In this document: positions 20,960-29,813 of the stretch, one piece after another
Numbering within the stretch: the stretch's first letter is position 1
How the letters are laid out: every line of letters begins with the position of its first letter
From: Clostridia bacterium
Lineage (GTDB): Bacteria; Bacillota; Clostridia; UMGS1883
Assembly: GCA_045651805.1 (NCBI GenBank)
Contig: JAZRTB010000090.1
Coordinates: 13,295-77,294, forward strand
DNA length: 64,000 bases
Reading direction: 5' to 3'
The notes under the pieces: generated by a model
What the model was told of the DNA's origin: nothing
What the model saw: the letters and a program-made list of their open reading frames with translations, nothing else
Database searches by the model: none
Made by a program: the position numbers and the translations under genes

Positions 20960-21113
20960 GGAGATGTACCCAAGTGGAATCGAGCCGGAGCGCATCCGGT
21001 GGATGATACAGCGACGGCGCAGAGCTGTGTAGCAACACAGTGAAAACGAGCGTGACTTGTCGCGCGATGTTTGAACTGCTTGTTGCAAACGGACATAGGG
21101 GCGCACTCAATTT
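20960..21113 (+). other. tRNA-Ser-like fragment interrupted by a 113-nt structured insert (pseudo-tRNA or unknown ncRNA)
   Basis: GGAGATGTACCCAAGTGG (20960-20977) matches the tRNA-Ser 5' end at 14/18 positions. GGACATAGGGGCGCACTCAATTT (21091-21113) matches its D/anticodon region. There is no T-arm and no 3' acceptor. Confidence 0.4.
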
Positions 21114-21152
21114 CTTTCCTGCCTTTTACCTATCAAAAAACAAATTAAATAC

Positions 21153-21241
21153 GGAGTGGTATCGAAGTGGTCATAACGGGGCGCACTCGAAATGCGTTTG
21201 CCTTCACGGGCACGTGGGTTCGAATCCCACCCACTCCGCCA
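21153..21241 (+). tRNA. tRNA-Ser (anticodon CGA), class II with long variable arm, encoded CCA
   Basis: Acceptor pairing GGAGTGG/CCACTCC. Anticodon stem GCGCA/TGCGT with loop CTCGAAA. T-arm GTGGGTTCGAATCCCAC. Confidence 0.92.
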
Positions 21242-21245
21242 AAAA

Positions 21246-21275
21246 AACGACTTGTTTTAACAAGTCGTTTTTTTA
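21246..21275. terminator. Bidirectional terminator (tRNA-Ser and the convergent nitroreductase gene)
   Basis: AACGACTTG-ttttaa-CAAGTCGTT flanked by an A-run and a T-run. Confidence 0.8.
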
Positions 21276-21291
21276 ACGAAATAAATCTTTT

Positions 21292-22101
21292 TTACATCAA
21301 ACAGAAAGAAGCAACATACTCTGCATCGGATTCAATTTTAGGATCATTTTGTTCAAAAACAATATTCAAATTATTTTCTTTAGCAGTCAGGTCAAAGTGA
21401 CAAATGGCAATACCTACATCAATCATTTGCATATCGAGTTTCTCGGTACGAGTAAAGCCCTTACTGCGTTTCAGGTAAAAGTGAACTGCATTATCAGTCA
21501 CTACAACTCGCCAGGGTTGCTTATTTACTGCGGACGGAGCAAGTCTTACCATTTCTAACGGCTCTGACCATTTCCCTGCGTTTTCTTTAGATAAAGGCTT
21601 ATCAAATGAGCCATCAAAGAATATTTCTTCAAAAGGCAGACGTTTATCTGCTTTAACACCTTTTCTCATCATACTCTCACGCAAAGACATCTTTTTCGCA
21701 GGGTATCCAAGAGCACTTGCACAAGGCATAATTTCGCCATCACCAAGCTCCATAGCTTCTTCATAAGCAGAACGGTTCATCGTTCCGCCAAGCCAAACGG
21801 TTCCGATTCCAAGAGCCTCGGCATATAATACGAACATTTCAAAGGAATATCCAAATGCCACACTTGCATTTTCTGACCATTTGATTTTACCGCCGACAAA
21901 TAAATCCGTACCCACCGTAACAGGACAGTTAAGTCCGTATTCCTTTGCATTCATAAGTTTGAAACCAACAGGTATTTTAAAAGGATTTTCTATTTTCTGA
22001 AAAAAGCCAGTCAGTTTCTCTATATCGTTTTTATCAAGCTCTTTGCCATCATATGTCCTGACGCTTCTTCTGTTTCTAATATGTTGTGTAATATTATTCA
22101 T
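21292..22101 (-). CDS. Nitroreductase-family protein
   Basis: 269 aa. The RRSVR.Y opening and overall pattern fit the nitroreductase fold. Confidence 0.7.
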   Translation of the reverse strand: MNNITQHIRNRRSVRTYDGKELDKNDIEKLTGFFQKIENPFKIPVGFKLMNAKEYGLNCPVTVGTDLFVGGKIKWSENASVAFGYSFEMFVLYAEALGIGTVWLGGTMNRSAYEEAMELGDGEIMPCASALGYPAKKMSLRESMMRKGVKADKRLPFEEIFFDGSFDKPLSKENAGKWSEPLEMVRLAPSAVNKQPWRVVVTDNAVHFYLKRSKGFTRTEKLDMQMIDVGIAICHFDLTAKENNLNIVFEQNDPKIESDAEYVASFCLM

Positions 22102-22167
22102 AATACATTCCTCTCGTTTGAATATATTTTTTATTTCTCATACTCAACTAATATATCTATTATTGAC

Positions 22168-23298
22168 TCAAGCATTGTTTGGCGACAAATATGTAATAGG
22201 ATTTTGTGCGGACTGATTTGCCTTTAAATCAACTATAGATTTGTGCAAATAAAACTGTCCGTCTTCATCAAGATTTTTATAGTCTTCACACACAAAGTAG
22301 ACACGATTTTTTAACCTTTCGTAATCTTCATCGGTTAATATTTCACGTTGAGGAGCATCAATCTTTTCATAAATATAATGCCACTCATCAGGCTTATATA
22401 CAGCAACAATTAATCCGTTATATACACCAAAGACATATTCTATATTTCTTGATTTAATTGAATTTAACGATGCTTTCCAGTAACCTCGCACTGCATCATA
22501 CAATTCATCGTCACCCATATCACGTCGATAAAGTTTGTTAATTTTAATTACAAGTATGCCGTGTTTTATGTCTTCCATTTGCAACGGAGTCGCACCATAT
22601 AACAGTTCAAATTCTTCTACCGACAATGCTTCATGCACATGATGTCCCGAAACTTCGTTGGTTAATTTCATATCCGGAATGTAATTAAGCAAGTTTATTA
22701 ATGTTGCTTCAGAGGCAAAAGCTTCTACTTCGCTTAATCCCCAGTTAACAATTAGTCTTTTCACTGCGAATCCATCTCTTTCGATTTCTTGAATTTTATG
22801 AAGTTTAGCTTTTTCAGATTTTGGAGTTTTTCCACTTTCTATTTCATGAGAAAAGACTCTATTTCCTGTTCCTTTGCCAATGTAAAAAACCTTTTTGTTT
22901 CGCGGATCAATAAGCGCATATACATAGAATCCATTCAATGAATTAAGTGCTTTTTCAGAGAAACAGCTTATAGATTTTGTATCTATTGATGTTAACAAGG
23001 TAATAATACGTTCAATAATCTGCTTCACTTGACCAGAGCGTTGTCTTCTTTCAAAGCTACCGTTACTAAAATGGTCTTCTCTCAATAACATCGTAAGCAA
23101 TGCACAACATAAGTCGTAATCGGCAGTCGGCAAGCGCAAAAGTTCCGTATCACAATCAATCGGATGCGTAGTAGAAAAGTCATAATAATTTGTTTTTAAC
23201 GCATCGCATTTTTCTAAGATATCATAAAACAAACCAACACGCGAAACGTTATCATCATTAAGTTTTTCAAATAATGATATTTTTTCATTTATATTCAT
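22168..23298 (-). CDS. Hypothetical protein with central GIY-YIG-like nuclease motif
   Basis: 376 aa. FYVYALIDPRNKKVFYIGKGTGNRVFSHE is followed by a conserved Glu region. The ATGA overlap couples it translationally to the upstream rhodanese gene. Confidence 0.5.
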   Translation of the reverse strand: MNINEKISLFEKLNDDNVSRVGLFYDILEKCDALKTNYYDFSTTHPIDCDTELLRLPTADYDLCCALLTMLLREDHFSNGSFERRQRSGQVKQIIERIITLLTSIDTKSISCFSEKALNSLNGFYVYALIDPRNKKVFYIGKGTGNRVFSHEIESGKTPKSEKAKLHKIQEIERDGFAVKRLIVNWGLSEVEAFASEATLINLLNYIPDMKLTNEVSGHHVHEALSVEEFELLYGATPLQMEDIKHGILVIKINKLYRRDMGDDELYDAVRGYWKASLNSIKSRNIEYVFGVYNGLIVAVYKPDEWHYIYEKIDAPQREILTDEDYERLKNRVYFVCEDYKNLDEDGQFYLHKSIVDLKANQSAQNPITYLSPNNA

Positions 23299-23711
23299 TT
23301 TTCCACCTCATATGACCAATCAATAATACCGCCAAACTCTTTTACGTTTGTATAGCCGAGATTGGCAAGACTTTCTGATGCGATTTTGCTTCGCCTGCCG
23401 CTACGGCAATACACAAGAATCTGTGCATCCTTGTCAGGTAGCATTTCTTCTGCTTTATCTTCAATTTCGGTATAAGGAATCAGGATTGCCCCGGGAATAT
23501 GCCCCTCGTCAAACTCATCCTGTTCTCTTACGTCAAGGACGATATGTTTCTCCCCTGAATCCATTATTCTTTTCGCTTCTTCCTGGGTAATCTGTGTATA
23601 CATAACTTTTTCTCCCTTTTCGTTAACGCCGGATTCTCCTGCACCGCCATTATTTTTACAAGCGGTAAGCACGATGCAAACAAGCATTATTATACATAAA
23701 AATCTTTTCAT
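23295..23711 (-). CDS. Rhodanese-domain lipoprotein
   Basis: I prefer the start at 23711 (AAGGAG RBS; MKRFLCIIMLVCIVLTAC lipobox). Active-site loop CRSGRRS. Confidence 0.8.
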   Translation of the reverse strand: MKRFLCIIMLVCIVLTACKNNGGAGESGVNEKGEKVMYTQITQEEAKRIMDSGEKHIVLDVREQDEFDEGHIPGAILIPYTEIEDKAEEMLPDKDAQILVYCRSGRRSKIASESLANLGYTNVKEFGGIIDWSYEVEK

Positions 23712-23742
23712 AATCTTTCTCCTTAATCCGTAACCTGCCGCT

Positions 23743-24636
23743 TCAGTTACCCCTTTCGATTCTTTTGTCATCGCGTATAAAAGGTTTTTCTATATAATTT
23801 TCTGTGAGAAATTTGTACTTATCGGGTCTGCGGTAGGCGTTGCCGTGGACTTCCTTTTCACGATAAGCACGGATCATATCCATATCAAATTCTGCCACAA
23901 AAACGCCTTCACTGCCGTCCGCTTCAAGGATGCAGGTGTCTCTTGATCCTGAAAGCGTGGGAAGATACGCCACGCCGTCAAATGCACTTGAATGACCGTT
24001 GCAATCTTGCACAGAATCGGGATAGTTGCAGGTTGCAATTCCCATCATATTTTCATAGGCACGCCCTCTTAACTGGGACAGACGATTTATTTCCATAGGG
24101 CAGGCATTGGGCACAAGGACAATTTCTGCACCCTTAAGCATTAAAATACGGGCACTTTCAGGAAACTCACGGTCATAACAAATCATAGCGCCGATTTTTA
24201 CAATACCGTTTTTTGTATCAAGGTCTGCGGTGTAAAAATCTTCTCCCGGGGAAAGGGCACGTTCAACGCTGAAATCGCAGGTATGTATCTTGGCATAGTC
24301 TATGACTCTTTTTCCGAATCTGTCAAAGACAGCAAGACTGTTTCTCGGTAACGAATCTGTTTTTTCAAGATATGTAATACCGATTGCCATTGAAAGCTCT
24401 TCTGCAAGCTTTCCGAAAGAAGTTACAAAGGAACTCTCTCTTTCTATTGCTTCTTTTGTCCACACCTCGGACGGACGTTCATATATATTATATCCGTTTG
24501 AAAACATTTCGGGGAAAAGCGCAATATCTGCACCCATCTCTTTCGCTTTTTTACAGTATTCAATTCCCTTGTAAAGATTTTCTTCCAAAGTTTTGCATGG
24601 TGCAATCTGCAGTAATGCAACTTTTAACATACTCAT
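23743..24636 (-). CDS. Carbon-nitrogen hydrolase (nitrilase superfamily)
   Basis: 297 aa. LFPE, K, and the ICYDREFPE catalytic Cys context. Confidence 0.8.
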   Translation of the reverse strand: MSMLKVALLQIAPCKTLEENLYKGIEYCKKAKEMGADIALFPEMFSNGYNIYERPSEVWTKEAIERESSFVTSFGKLAEELSMAIGITYLEKTDSLPRNSLAVFDRFGKRVIDYAKIHTCDFSVERALSPGEDFYTADLDTKNGIVKIGAMICYDREFPESARILMLKGAEIVLVPNACPMEINRLSQLRGRAYENMMGIATCNYPDSVQDCNGHSSAFDGVAYLPTLSGSRDTCILEADGSEGVFVAEFDMDMIRAYREKEVHGNAYRRPDKYKFLTENYIEKPFIRDDKRIERGN

Positions 24637-25124
24637 AATTTCATACTCTCCAGATAAGATGTTGCTTCCTTTCGTGATTTAAATATCACAATGTTTTTAT
24701 CATTATGCTTTTCCAGAAGGTCATATATTTTCGGCAAAGTGTTTTTGGGGAAATTCACAATCCATTCCCTGAATTCTTCGTCAAATTCTTCTTCCACCCA
24801 AGGCATTTCCTCTCTTGGTTTCCCCACACGTGCTTTTGCACCGTCAAGACACACTTCAAGAGGATAATCAAGAAGAAAACATGTGTCACAATTTTCAAGG
24901 CGCACCTCTAAAGTACGCTGATAGTTTCCGTCTATAATCCAGGAATCATTATTTAATATTTCTTCTAATTTTTTGTCAAATTCATCCCTTGTCACATTGG
25001 TTTTATCGGGTTTATGCCATATCTGGTCAAGGTAATAAAGAGGCAGTCCCGTCTTATCTCTCAAACATCTTGCAAAAGTACTCTTCCCTGCCCCCGGAGA
25101 GCCTATGACAATAACTTTTTTCAT
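24633..25124 (-). CDS. P-loop NTPase, adenylate-kinase-like (topology-modulation-protein type)
   Basis: Walker A GSPGAGKST; 163 aa. Confidence 0.65.
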   Translation of the reverse strand: MKKVIVIGSPGAGKSTFARCLRDKTGLPLYYLDQIWHKPDKTNVTRDEFDKKLEEILNNDSWIIDGNYQRTLEVRLENCDTCFLLDYPLEVCLDGAKARVGKPREEMPWVEEEFDEEFREWIVNFPKNTLPKIYDLLEKHNDKNIVIFKSRKEATSYLESMKL

Positions 25125-25534
25125 ATCAATACCCCGTTACAATGGTCTACCTCGTGCTGAATAATCTGTGCAGTGAAACCTTCATAATTTTTTATACGAA
25201 CTTTAAAATCAATTGTCTGATACTGCACCTTTATTTTTCTGTATCTTTTTGTTTTTCTCGGTCCGCCGAGAAGAGAAAGGCATCCCTCTTCCGTATCATA
25301 AGGCTCTGCGGTTTTCATTATAATCGGATTGAGCATTACCACACATTCATTTCCGTCAAAGAATGCGATAATATTCTTTTTTACACCTATCATATTTGCC
25401 GCCATACCGACGCACCCCTCTTTATGAGCAAGAAGAGTGTCTTTCAAATCAATCGCAACCTGCAAATCCTCTTTGACCGCATTTTCTGATTTCTGCCCTA
25501 AAAATATAGGATCGTGCATAAGTTCTTTTATCAT
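25121..25534 (-). CDS. def: Peptide deformylase
   Basis: EGCLS and HEVDH motifs, with GVGMAANMIG-like motif 1. Confidence 0.9.
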   Translation of the reverse strand: MIKELMHDPIFLGQKSENAVKEDLQVAIDLKDTLLAHKEGCVGMAANMIGVKKNIIAFFDGNECVVMLNPIIMKTAEPYDTEEGCLSLLGGPRKTKRYRKIKVQYQTIDFKVRIKNYEGFTAQIIQHEVDHCNGVLI

Positions 25535-25539
25535 ACGTA

Positions 25540-26094
25540 TTACCTCAAATTAATTTCCTTCAACATTTTTCTGCAAACTTTCCAATCGGGATAAGCTTTC
25601 TCAAGTTTCTCATAAAATCGTGCCGAGTGATTTGCCTCAATAAAATGAGTAAACTCGTGATGCACTACATACTCAACACATTCAACAGGAGCATACATAA
25701 GATTTGTATTGAATGTTAAAATTCCCTCACGGCTTCTGCAGTTTCCCCATTGGGACACCATTCTGCGGAACTTTATTACCGGAAATTTTACGCCTTGTGC
25801 CTCATAATAAGGATAAACCTTTTCGCAAAGTTGTGTTATAACTTTTCTTATTTCCGCTTCGCCGAAATACTGTATATTTTCTGTTTGGGGGGTATTTTTA
25901 AATTTATCAATGGCACGAAAAATAAAATCTGCTCTTGACAGTATGAAGCTTTCCACCGTTTTTTGAGAAACCCATCTGTTTGCGGAAATATATACACTTC
26001 CGTCGGACTTAATGCGGAGGTTTATATTCTTAACCGCTTTATATTCAAGTTCATAAACAAGCTCACGCCCGTTTACGTTCACACTTTTTATCAT
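25540..26094 (-). CDS. YgjP-like (DUF45/M48-type) metal-dependent hydrolase
   Basis: HHEFTH zinc motif. The start is trimmed to ATG 26094 (MIKSVNVNGRE...), which overlaps the upstream stop as ATGA. Confidence 0.7.
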   Translation of the reverse strand: MIKSVNVNGRELVYELEYKAVKNINLRIKSDGSVYISANRWVSQKTVESFILSRADFIFRAIDKFKNTPQTENIQYFGEAEIRKVITQLCEKVYPYYEAQGVKFPVIKFRRMVSQWGNCRSREGILTFNTNLMYAPVECVEYVVHHEFTHFIEANHSARFYEKLEKAYPDWKVCRKMLKEINLR

Positions 26095-26711
26095 TCTTTC
26101 ACTTCTCTTCTTGAAACTGCAATAGCATACACAAAGGTTATTATAGCATACGGAATCAACAAGAGGGGACAAACTGTCGTTGCAATGGGCGGAAGGAAGA
26201 TACTTATCAGAAATAAAATTCCGAGAACAACCATTCCGCGACCCATAAAGCGATTGATTTTACGTGCCTTTTCTTTGTCAACCTTAAAGTTTCTCACTTT
26301 GTCATATTCCGGAAGGAAACTTCCTGTTACGACGAAAATTCCGCCGACAATCAAAGCCACAACCTTTCTCATATCAAGATTCCATCCAATACTGTAACCG
26401 AGTGTTGCAATATACAAAACTATTGTAATTGCGGGAATAATCCATTTTACCACTATTTCAAGCTTGTTACTTTCGCTGTACTTCTGCGAAATGTCACATA
26501 CTATGCAAGCAAACCACTGAAACGCCAGCATTATAAGCGGAATTCCGAAAACTGCAAATTTCTTTGTTGAAAAATCGTCCGGCTCACCGTTAAAATTAAA
26601 ATGGGTCGCCACCATATCAGGAAGTTTTTCCCACAAAGACAAACCTATAAGAATCGGTAAAAGGCACACAACAGATGTTATGAACAGGATTTTCCATTTT
26701 ATACGTTTCAT
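26091..26711 (-). CDS. SdpI/DUF1648-type membrane protein
   Basis: 206 aa. The N-terminal W.KLPD.V..HFN..G.PD pattern and multiple TM helices. Confidence 0.6.
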   Translation of the reverse strand: MKRIKWKILFITSVVCLLPILIGLSLWEKLPDMVATHFNFNGEPDDFSTKKFAVFGIPLIMLAFQWFACIVCDISQKYSESNKLEIVVKWIIPAITIVLYIATLGYSIGWNLDMRKVVALIVGGIFVVTGSFLPEYDKVRNFKVDKEKARKINRFMGRGMVVLGILFLISIFLPPIATTVCPLLLIPYAIITFVYAIAVSRREVKE

Positions 26712-26817
26712 TACTTATCCCCTCCTGACATATATTTTTTCTCGCAATTAAATTCTGTATTCTTAACCTTTACAAATGAAAGAAACGGGGTGCAAATTTT
26801 TTACACCCCACAATCCA

Positions 26818-27045
26818 TCAATATTTTTTCTCTCCTGAAAGAATCATCATTTTATCAAGATTTGTTTCAATCTGAGGCTTAACAACCTGTGTGTCCCAAT
26901 CCTCGGGTTTAAATTCTTCCATTGATATAGAAATTGCCTCGGGAGGGCATCCCCAGTATTTCTTGAAAATTTCGTTGATTTCGTCCACTACTTTTTTCTT
27001 GATTTCCTCATCCTTGGGATAAGCTTTGATTGCGATGTACGGCAT
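26818..27045 (-). CDS. Tautomerase-like small protein
   Basis: 75 aa beginning MP (Pro-1), with a beta-alpha-beta size typical of the 4-OT family. The call is tentative. Confidence 0.45.
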   Translation of the reverse strand: MPYIAIKAYPKDEEIKKKVVDEINEIFKKYWGCPPEAISISMEEFKPEDWDTQVVKPQIETNLDKMMILSGEKKY

Positions 27046-27066
27046 AAAAACACTCCTTCTTTATAT

Positions 27067-27546
27067 TTAATTATTCGCCATATTTTCAAGCTCTTTGCCT
27101 GTTAATCTGTATATAGTCCATTCATCCTGCGGCTTTGCACCCAATGAAAGATACAGGTCAATGCTGGGTTTATTCCAGTCAAGGCAAACCCATTCAAGTC
27201 TGCCACATTTTCTTTCAACGGTAATACGGGCAAGTTCCTTCAAAAGTGCTTTACCATAGCCTTTTCCTCTGTATTCGGGAAGAACAAACAAATCTTCAAG
27301 ATAAATTCCCGCCCTGCCGAGGAATGTGGAAAAATTGTGGAAGAAAAGTGCAAACCCGACCTCTTTCCCATCCTCTACAGCAAAGATAACCTCTGCTTTT
27401 TTCTTTTCAAAAATCCACTCCCGAAGAAGCTGTTCCGTGGCAACAACTTCATTCGACAACTTCTCATACTCCGCAAGGTTTTTTATGAAAAACAAAATTT
27501 TTTCTGCATCATTTTCCGTTGCAAAGCGAATAGAAAAATCATTCAT
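27067..27546 (-). CDS. GNAT-family N-acetyltransferase
   Basis: RGKGYGKALL acetyl-CoA motif. Confidence 0.85.
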   Translation of the reverse strand: MNDFSIRFATENDAEKILFFIKNLAEYEKLSNEVVATEQLLREWIFEKKKAEVIFAVEDGKEVGFALFFHNFSTFLGRAGIYLEDLFVLPEYRGKGYGKALLKELARITVERKCGRLEWVCLDWNKPSIDLYLSLGAKPQDEWTIYRLTGKELENMANN

Positions 27547-27667
27547 AATTTGTACTCCGTTTCAATTTCCTTTAAATCTATTTTAACATACATTATTGCA
27601 TTTAACAATAGACTTTTTCTTTTTTATATGTTATTATGTTTATAATAAATTTCAAAGGAGAGTTTTT

Positions 27668-28186
27668 ATGGAATTTACAAAGTTAATTTCAGAAAGATAT
27701 TCAGTCAGAAAATACGAAAACAAACACCTCCACAAAGACGTGATTGACAAAATTCTCAATGCCGGTCACATTGCCCCAACGGGATGCAATTTTCAGCCAC
27801 AAAGAATTCTTGTGCTTAATACTGATGAAGCAATAGCAAAGCTTAAAGACTGCACACGTTGTCATTTTGATGCCCCCTGTGCTATGCTTATATGCTACAG
27901 TAAGGACGAAACCTGGACACGCCCCTACGACGGTGCACTTTCCGCACCTGTGGATGCCGCCATAGTTACAACACACCTGATGCTTGCGGCACATAACGAG
28001 GGAGTGGGTAGTTGCTGGGTAATGCACTTTAATCCCGAAAAAATGAAAACCACTTTCAATATTCCCGAAAATATTGAACCTGTGGCACTCCTTACAATGG
28101 GGTATCCTGCAGAGGATTCTGTTCCGCATAACTTTCATTCAACCTTCAGACCCATTGAAGAAGTTGTATTTTACGACAGTTTCTAA
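27668..28186 (+). CDS. Nitroreductase-family protein
   Basis: The start is trimmed to ATG 27668 (AAAGGAGAG RBS; MEFTKLISERYSVRKY). Confidence 0.8.
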   Translation: MEFTKLISERYSVRKYENKHLHKDVIDKILNAGHIAPTGCNFQPQRILVLNTDEAIAKLKDCTRCHFDAPCAMLICYSKDETWTRPYDGALSAPVDAAIVTTHLMLAAHNEGVGSCWVMHFNPEKMKTTFNIPENIEPVALLTMGYPAEDSVPHNFHSTFRPIEEVVFYDSF

Positions 28187-28189
28187 ACA

Positions 28190-28222
28190 AAAGCGATAGT
28201 CGTGTTATACGACTATCGCTTT
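28190..28222. terminator. Bidirectional terminator
   Basis: AAAGCGATAGTCG-tgttata-CGACTATCGCTTT between convergent genes. Confidence 0.8.
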
Positions 28223-28224
28223 TG

Positions 28225-28800
28225 TTAATTATTTTCTCCTCTTATCAGATATAGTCCTACGCAAACTACAACGATGCACATACCTATGCCGCTGAGTGTA
28301 TTAAAAATTGCAATATCACTATCCGCCATATCTCCAAACGACACAAGCATCGATCGCTGCAAAGAATAAATTGAAACAACTGCATCTGCAACGGTAATGC
28401 TTTGCAGTGTTCTTACAAACGTATTCTGCTTTTTCCCTGATTTTACAAATCCGATAATGGCAAGAGTTATCTTAATAAATGCGTACAGCGCCATTGTTAT
28501 CATCACAATTTCGTGATAGCTTGTTGCCACATCCTTTTCAATTGTCATATACACAATACCGCACAAGACTACAGAAAGCACAAAGAGCATTGCTCCCGAA
28601 AATCTCATAACAAAGTTTCCATATTTTTTATTTTTGGAAGAAAACAAAATTATTGCAGAACGCATTACACTTATAATTACATAATATGCCCCTACGGCTA
28701 TAAACCACCAGGATTCAGATATTAAACCTAAAATGCAGTTATAGATTGCAAATATCAGGTTAAACACGAATTTTAGCAGAGTTTTATTATGTATATTCAT
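28225..28800 (-). CDS. Multi-pass membrane protein (hypothetical)
   Basis: 191 aa with about 6 hydrophobic helices. Confidence 0.55.
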   Translation of the reverse strand: MNIHNKTLLKFVFNLIFAIYNCILGLISESWWFIAVGAYYVIISVMRSAIILFSSKNKKYGNFVMRFSGAMLFVLSVVLCGIVYMTIEKDVATSYHEIVMITMALYAFIKITLAIIGFVKSGKKQNTFVRTLQSITVADAVVSIYSLQRSMLVSFGDMADSDIAIFNTLSGIGMCIVVVCVGLYLIRGENN

Positions 28801-29186
28801 TATTTAATACCTTTTGTTATTGGTATAAGAGAAAGCAGAAGCAATATACCGACAAGTCCGACAATCGTACCTACCACGATATTATTCCATACCATACACA
28901 AGCACATTCCCACACCGAGAATAAGTGCCCCCATTATTCCAAAAGCCCATATTGCTACCATTCTGCCATTAAATCTGATTGGTGCTTTTTTCTCCATCTT
29001 TCTCCATACCGCAATTGTAATAAGTCCGAGAATAATTCCTATTACGCCGAAAATGACACCTACATTAAAAGAATTCCATTCCGGAAGAAGTGCCATACAC
29101 ATACCGAGAGAAAACAGCACTCCTGATACTATACCAAGAATCATTGCCACAAAGCTACTTTTTTTCATAAAATTTTCTCCTTTCAT
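28800..29186 (-). CDS. Multi-pass membrane protein (hypothetical)
   Basis: 128 aa with about 4 hydrophobic helices. It is divergent from the TetR gene. Confidence 0.55.
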   Translation of the reverse strand: MKGENFMKKSSFVAMILGIVSGVLFSLGMCMALLPEWNSFNVGVIFGVIGIILGLITIAVWRKMEKKAPIRFNGRMVAIWAFGIMGALILGVGMCLCMVWNNIVVGTIVGLVGILLLLSLIPITKGIK

Positions 29187-29215
29187 TAAAACAACACTTG
29201 TTTTGTTAATACTTT

Positions 29216-29240
29216 TTCAGTATAATGAAATCATACTGAA
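29216..29240. promoter_or_regulatory. Candidate TetR operator TTCAGTAT-N9-ATACTGAA overlapping a TATAAT -10 box
   Basis: Perfect 8-bp inverted repeat in the divergent intergenic region; TATAAT at 29221-29226. Confidence 0.5.
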
Positions 29241-29288
29241 AATTCAACCATCAATTTGTAAACAACTGTCGTTTTAATGGAGAAAATT

Positions 29289-29798
29289 ATGAACACAAAA
29301 AACAATAAGCGAAAACGTTACTCTATACTCAAAATAGAAAGTGCTTTTATGGATTTACTTCAGGAAAAAAACCTTGAACGTATTTCCGTTACAGAAATAT
29401 GTGAAAAAACAGGTCTTAACAGAAGTACATTTTACGCAAACTATATTGATATTTACGACCTTGCCGATAGAATCGGAAAAAATCTTGAAAGCGAGTTTTC
29501 AAACACGTTCAAAACTATTTCCGAGCAAAACGATTTAATGGTTTTCCGTCATATTTATGAAAATCAAAAGCTGTACAAAACATATTTCAAGCTTGGTTTT
29601 CACGAAAGACACTTTTTTTCAACTAAATATGATGAAAAAAGAGCTGAAAACGACTTTGGTAACAAACATCTGAAATATCATATTGAGTTTTTCCGAAACG
29701 GATTTAATGCCATCGTAAAATTGTGGCTTGAAAATGGTTGCCAGGAAACGCCTGAAGAAATGCATGAAATTTTGCAATCAGAATACCGTGGCAGATAA
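29289..29798 (+). CDS. TetR/AcrR-family transcriptional regulator
   Basis: HTH ISVTEICEKTGLNRSTFYANY. ATG 29289 is preferred (GGAG 6 nt upstream) over 29277. Confidence 0.8.
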   Translation: MNTKNNKRKRYSILKIESAFMDLLQEKNLERISVTEICEKTGLNRSTFYANYIDIYDLADRIGKNLESEFSNTFKTISEQNDLMVFRHIYENQKLYKTYFKLGFHERHFFSTKYDEKRAENDFGNKHLKYHIEFFRNGFNAIVKLWLENGCQETPEEMHEILQSEYRGR

Positions 29799-29813
29799 GA
29801 AAGAGGTGATTTA

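Noticed and set aside
20944-21152. Expected SRP (4.5S/scRNA) gene downstream of tadA, as in Bacillus
   Set aside because: Neither strand contains the conserved helix-8 core (GGUCCGGAAGGAAGCAGC-like).
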